The translations under genes and the position numbers were made by a program. DNA of 32,000 nt from Nostoc sp. PCC 7120 = FACHB-418 (GTDB lineage Bacteria; Cyanobacteriota; Cyanobacteriia; Cyanobacteriales; Nostocaceae): positions 1,860,001-1,892,000 of the forward strand of contig NC_003272.1 in assembly GCF_000009705.1 (NCBI RefSeq), given 5' to 3'. Numbering within the stretch: the first letter of the stretch is position 1; every line of letters starts with the position of its first letter. The notes below the pieces were generated by a model. That model had not been told where the DNA came from. It did no database searches and saw nothing but the letters and a program-made list of their open reading frames with translations. Shown here piece by piece: positions 29,584 to 32,000 of this stretch.

Positions 29584-30367
29584 TTCTTGACAGTTCACAG
29601 TAACTTGCTACCGAAGTAGTCTGACAGTCACTCCCTGCCCGTTTAAGGTCGTGCCGATGCCCCATGCCGACCATTTCTATATTTCTAGATGCGTTTTCAT
29701 CCCTTTCTTGCTCAGTACCGCAACTTAAACAAAGTATTGAGCGAACAGAAAGGTCGATTTTACCCCAACGAAAACCACAACATGAACATATTTGGCTTGT
29801 TGGCTGCCATCTATCTATTACGCGAAAATCACGGCTAAATTTTTCTGATTTAGCTTCACAAAGGTTTCTAAACTCTCGCCACCCTTGCAAACTAATCACC
29901 CTAGATAGTCTACTGTTTTTAACCATTCCTGACACGTTTAAATCTTCCAAAACAATTACTTGGTTATCGTTAATTATTTTGGTTGACAACTTATGTAAGA
30001 AGTCTTTCCTAGTATCAGCAATTTGGTTATGCAGTTTAGCAATTTTAACGCGAGTATTGTTTCTCCTTTTTGAATCTTTTTGTTGTCGTGCTAATTTCTT
30101 TTGTAGTTTACGAATTTTGCGGTCATGTTTTGAGTAGTCAGGACTTAACGCTTTTTCTCCATTACTCATGACAGCAAAAGTTTTTAGACCCAAATCAATA
30201 CCTATACTTTGGTTATTAGCAATAGTAGTATTGGGTTCAACTTCTACTACAAAACTAAGAAAATATCGGTTAGCACAATCTTTAATCACCGTGACTGAAC
30301 TAGGTTCAGATGGTAACTCTCTTGACCAAATTGGTTTGATATTTCCAATTTTGGCTAAGTAAACTTT
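29561..30367 (-). pseudogene. tnpB: 5'-truncated tnpB (IS200/IS605-family OrfB, RNA-guided nuclease family)
   Basis: The track ORF starts at GTG 30289, but the frame stays open upstream: KVYLAKIGNIKPIWSRELPSEPSSVTVIKDCANRYFLSFVVE… RuvC-I IGIDLG, RuvC-II VLEDLNV, zinc finger CSCCG…CLSCG and RuvC-III RDENASRNI are all present. About 110-130 N-terminal residues expected for TnpB are missing. Homology stops exactly at the ISL3 left inverted repeat (30368). Confidence 0.8.
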
Positions 30368-31779
30368 GGTTCTTTCGGATATTTTATGGAGAAAGCAAAA
30401 AGTAATGAAAATTAATGGATAAAATTTATAAAGATTGAAGCCTAAACTAGAGTAGATACAATACTTTACAGCTTTGAAGGTATGTTTAATTACCGAAAGT
30501 AAGATAATTATAGATCAAGCACAGGAATTGGCGGCGATAGTTATGAAATTTCCCGTAGAGCAAATCCTCAATCTACCAGAGACGAAAGTGTTAGATTGTC
30601 AAGAAGTGGAAGGAGCAGGAATAATTATCACAATCGAAAAAGCCGTCAACCATTGTAGCTGTCCAAATTGTGGAAATGTAACTCAAAGTATACACCAAGA
30701 CCATTGGCGAATGATTCACGATTTACCGTGGAGTGAAAAACCAGTTCTGTTAAAAATAAATCGTCGTCAATTTAAATGCCATAAGTGTAAAAAAGTGTTT
30801 AGTGAGAAACTAGAGTTTGTAGAAAAGAGCAAAGGATATACAAAAAGATTAGCAGCTAGCATAGTAGAGCAAGTATTGAATAGCAACATTCATAGCGTGG
30901 CTAAAAGAAACGACCTCAGTGATGAGGAAGTAGAATCGATGTTAAAAAGGCAAGTAACCCAAATACAGAAGATAAATTTAAGAGGATTAAAAAGGTTAGG
31001 AATAGATGAAATAGCCTTAGTGAAAGGGCAAGGAAATTATCTGGCAGTAATAGTAGATTTAGATACTCGTAAACCAATTGAGATAGTGAAGACAAGAAGG
31101 ATAGAAGAAATCGGTGAAGTCATGAAAGGATGGGGATTCAAGGTACTTGAGCAAATCCAAGAAGTGAGTATAGACCTGTGGTCTCCTTATAAAAGTCTAG
31201 TCGAAGAATTAATGCCCAATGCAAATATAACTGCTGATAGGTTTCATGTGATGAAACAGGTAAATGATGAATTAGATACAATACGTAAATCCGAGAAAAA
31301 AGCAGCAATGTCTTTAGAAGATAAATCAGAAAAAGAACGAATATTAGCGGGATTAAATAAAAGTAAATATAGCTTGATTAAAAATGAAGACTCGTTAAAC
31401 GAAGAGCAAAAAATCAGACTGAAAGCTGTCCAAGAAGTATCACCAACTCTAGCAAAGATGCACTCCTTGAAAGAAAAATTTAGACAAATCTTTGAATCTC
31501 ACACATCTTGGGGAGATAGCATCATTCAATTATTGGATTGGATGTATGATGCCATGCTACTTTTTCCCAAATCTATCGGAACAATGATTAGATGGTTTGG
31601 GGAAATAGTTGGTTATTTTGATGGTAGAACTACCAGTGGTACTGTAGAAGGTATTAATAATAAACTTAAGCTGATTAAACGTCTTGGATATGGTTTCCGT
31701 AACTTCAACAATTTCCGTTTACGCAGTTTATTAAACTGGCACTTTAGTATTAATTCTCCATAAAACAGGCGCAAGAACC
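30368..31779 (+). mobile_element. ISL3-family insertion sequence (1412 bp), apparently complete
   Basis: Terminal inverted repeats are GGTTCTTTCGGATATTTTATGGAGAA (30368-30393) and the reverse complement of 31754-31779, GGTTCTTGCGCCTGTTTTATGGAGAA, with 22/26 identical. There is a single transposase ORF whose stop codon lies inside the right IR. Flanking 8-mers are TAAACTTT (30360-30367) and TAATTTTT (31780-31787), matching 6/8. Confidence 0.75.
30543..31763 (+). CDS. ISL3-family transposase
   Basis: N-terminal ILNLPETKVL…, zinc finger CPNCG…CHKCKK, then a DDE_Tnp_ISL3-like body (…LGIDEIALVKGQGNYLAVIVDLDT…, …ITADRFHVMKQVNDELD…, …TSGTVEGINNKLKLIKRLGYGFRNFNNFRLR…). The track start at 30474 is TTG, so I used ATG 30543 (406 aa). 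Confidence 0.9.
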   Translation: MKFPVEQILNLPETKVLDCQEVEGAGIIITIEKAVNHCSCPNCGNVTQSIHQDHWRMIHDLPWSEKPVLLKINRRQFKCHKCKKVFSEKLEFVEKSKGYTKRLAASIVEQVLNSNIHSVAKRNDLSDEEVESMLKRQVTQIQKINLRGLKRLGIDEIALVKGQGNYLAVIVDLDTRKPIEIVKTRRIEEIGEVMKGWGFKVLEQIQEVSIDLWSPYKSLVEELMPNANITADRFHVMKQVNDELDTIRKSEKKAAMSLEDKSEKERILAGLNKSKYSLIKNEDSLNEEQKIRLKAVQEVSPTLAKMHSLKEKFRQIFESHTSWGDSIIQLLDWMYDAMLLFPKSIGTMIRWFGEIVGYFDGRTTSGTVEGINNKLKLIKRLGYGFRNFNNFRLRSLLNWHFSINSP

Positions 31780-31879
31780 TAATTTTTAAACTAATAGATT
31801 TTGTATCGTATTATTTAATATCTTTTCAAAGAATACGATGATTATTTACTAGTGAGGTATGGATTCTAATCATTAATAA

Positions 31880-31951
31880 CTGGGGCGCTAGGATTCGAAC
31901 CTAGGGATGTCGGGACCAAAACCCGATGCCTTACCACTTGGCGACGCCCCA
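31880..31951 (-). tRNA. tRNA-Gln (anticodon UUG)
   Basis: The minus strand reads UGGGGCG UC GCC AAGUGGUAA GGC A UCGGG UUUUGGU CCCGA CAUC CCUAG GUUCGAAUCCUAG CGCCCCA G. It has a 7-bp acceptor stem, GUUCGAAUC T-loop and anticodon loop with UUG at positions 34-36. CCA is not encoded. Confidence 0.9.
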
Positions 31952-31968
31952 AAGCTTTCGACTTTATT

Positions 31969-31999
31969 AATATAGCAGTCTGTGTAGGGGATATGTCAA
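31969..31999 (-). promoter_or_regulatory. candidate promoter of tRNA-Gln
   Basis: On the minus strand, TTGACA (31999-31994), 19 nt spacer, TATATT (31974-31969). The -10 box ends 17 nt upstream of the mature tRNA 5' end. The spacer is slightly long. Confidence 0.4.
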
Positions 32000-32000
32000 G

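Noticed and set aside
29664-30362. Plus-strand ORFs 29664-30137 (157 aa) and 30168-30362 (64 aa).
   Set aside because: Both are antisense shadows of the tnpB remnant, which carries clear family motifs on the minus strand.
1-32000. Search for a defence, toxin-antitoxin, retron, secondary-metabolite or phage-derived module.
   Set aside because: Every ORF over 100 aa outside the IS region is a recognisable housekeeping or conserved cyanobacterial gene, or a lone hypothetical. I saw no nuclease/ATPase/methylase pairs, reverse transcriptase, small overlapping gene pairs, integrase or phage structural genes. Claiming a novel system here would not be supported.

Overview
This window looks like chromosomal DNA from a heterocyst-forming cyanobacterium of the Nostoc/Anabaena type. 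Three things support that. The HIP1 octamer GCGATCGC occurs at least 25 times by eye. Tandem heptamer (STRR-like) repeats fill many intergenic spacers. RNA polymerase beta-prime is split into rpoC1 and rpoC2. About 29 kb is conserved core genome, in this order: a partial membrane protein, hslO, a small hypothetical, a universal stress protein, hisD, rpsT, tatD, rpoB-rpoC1-rpoC2, the desB-desA-desC acyl-lipid desaturase cluster, a YnbB-type PLP enzyme, a BciB/HCAR-family FrhB-like reductase, pgl, the filament-integrity gene fraH, an M50-like membrane peptidase, a SpoIID/LytB-domain protein, a large uncharacterised membrane protein and a small coiled-coil protein. From memory, this order matches the alr1594-alr1605 neighbourhood of Anabaena sp. 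PCC 7120; I could not check that here. Only the last ~2.5 kb is accessory. It holds a 5'-truncated TnpB (IS605-family) gene cut exactly at the left inverted repeat of a complete ISL3-family IS, followed by tRNA-Gln(UUG). I found no convincing new multi-gene system such as defence, toxin-antitoxin, CRISPR or biosynthetic clusters. The items most worth a second look are: (1) the TnpB remnant, which keeps its catalytic half and 3' hairpin region; (2) heptamer repeat tracts lying inside the rpoB reading frame and forming the rpoC2 start region; (3) two unusually long empty intergenic regions flanking rpsT-tatD; (4) small GC-rich insertions with direct-repeat flanks; (5) the fraH / M50-like / spoIID neighbourhood. 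Several ORF-track starts are TTG/GTG extensions, and I re-set them to the internal start that fits the family N-terminus.
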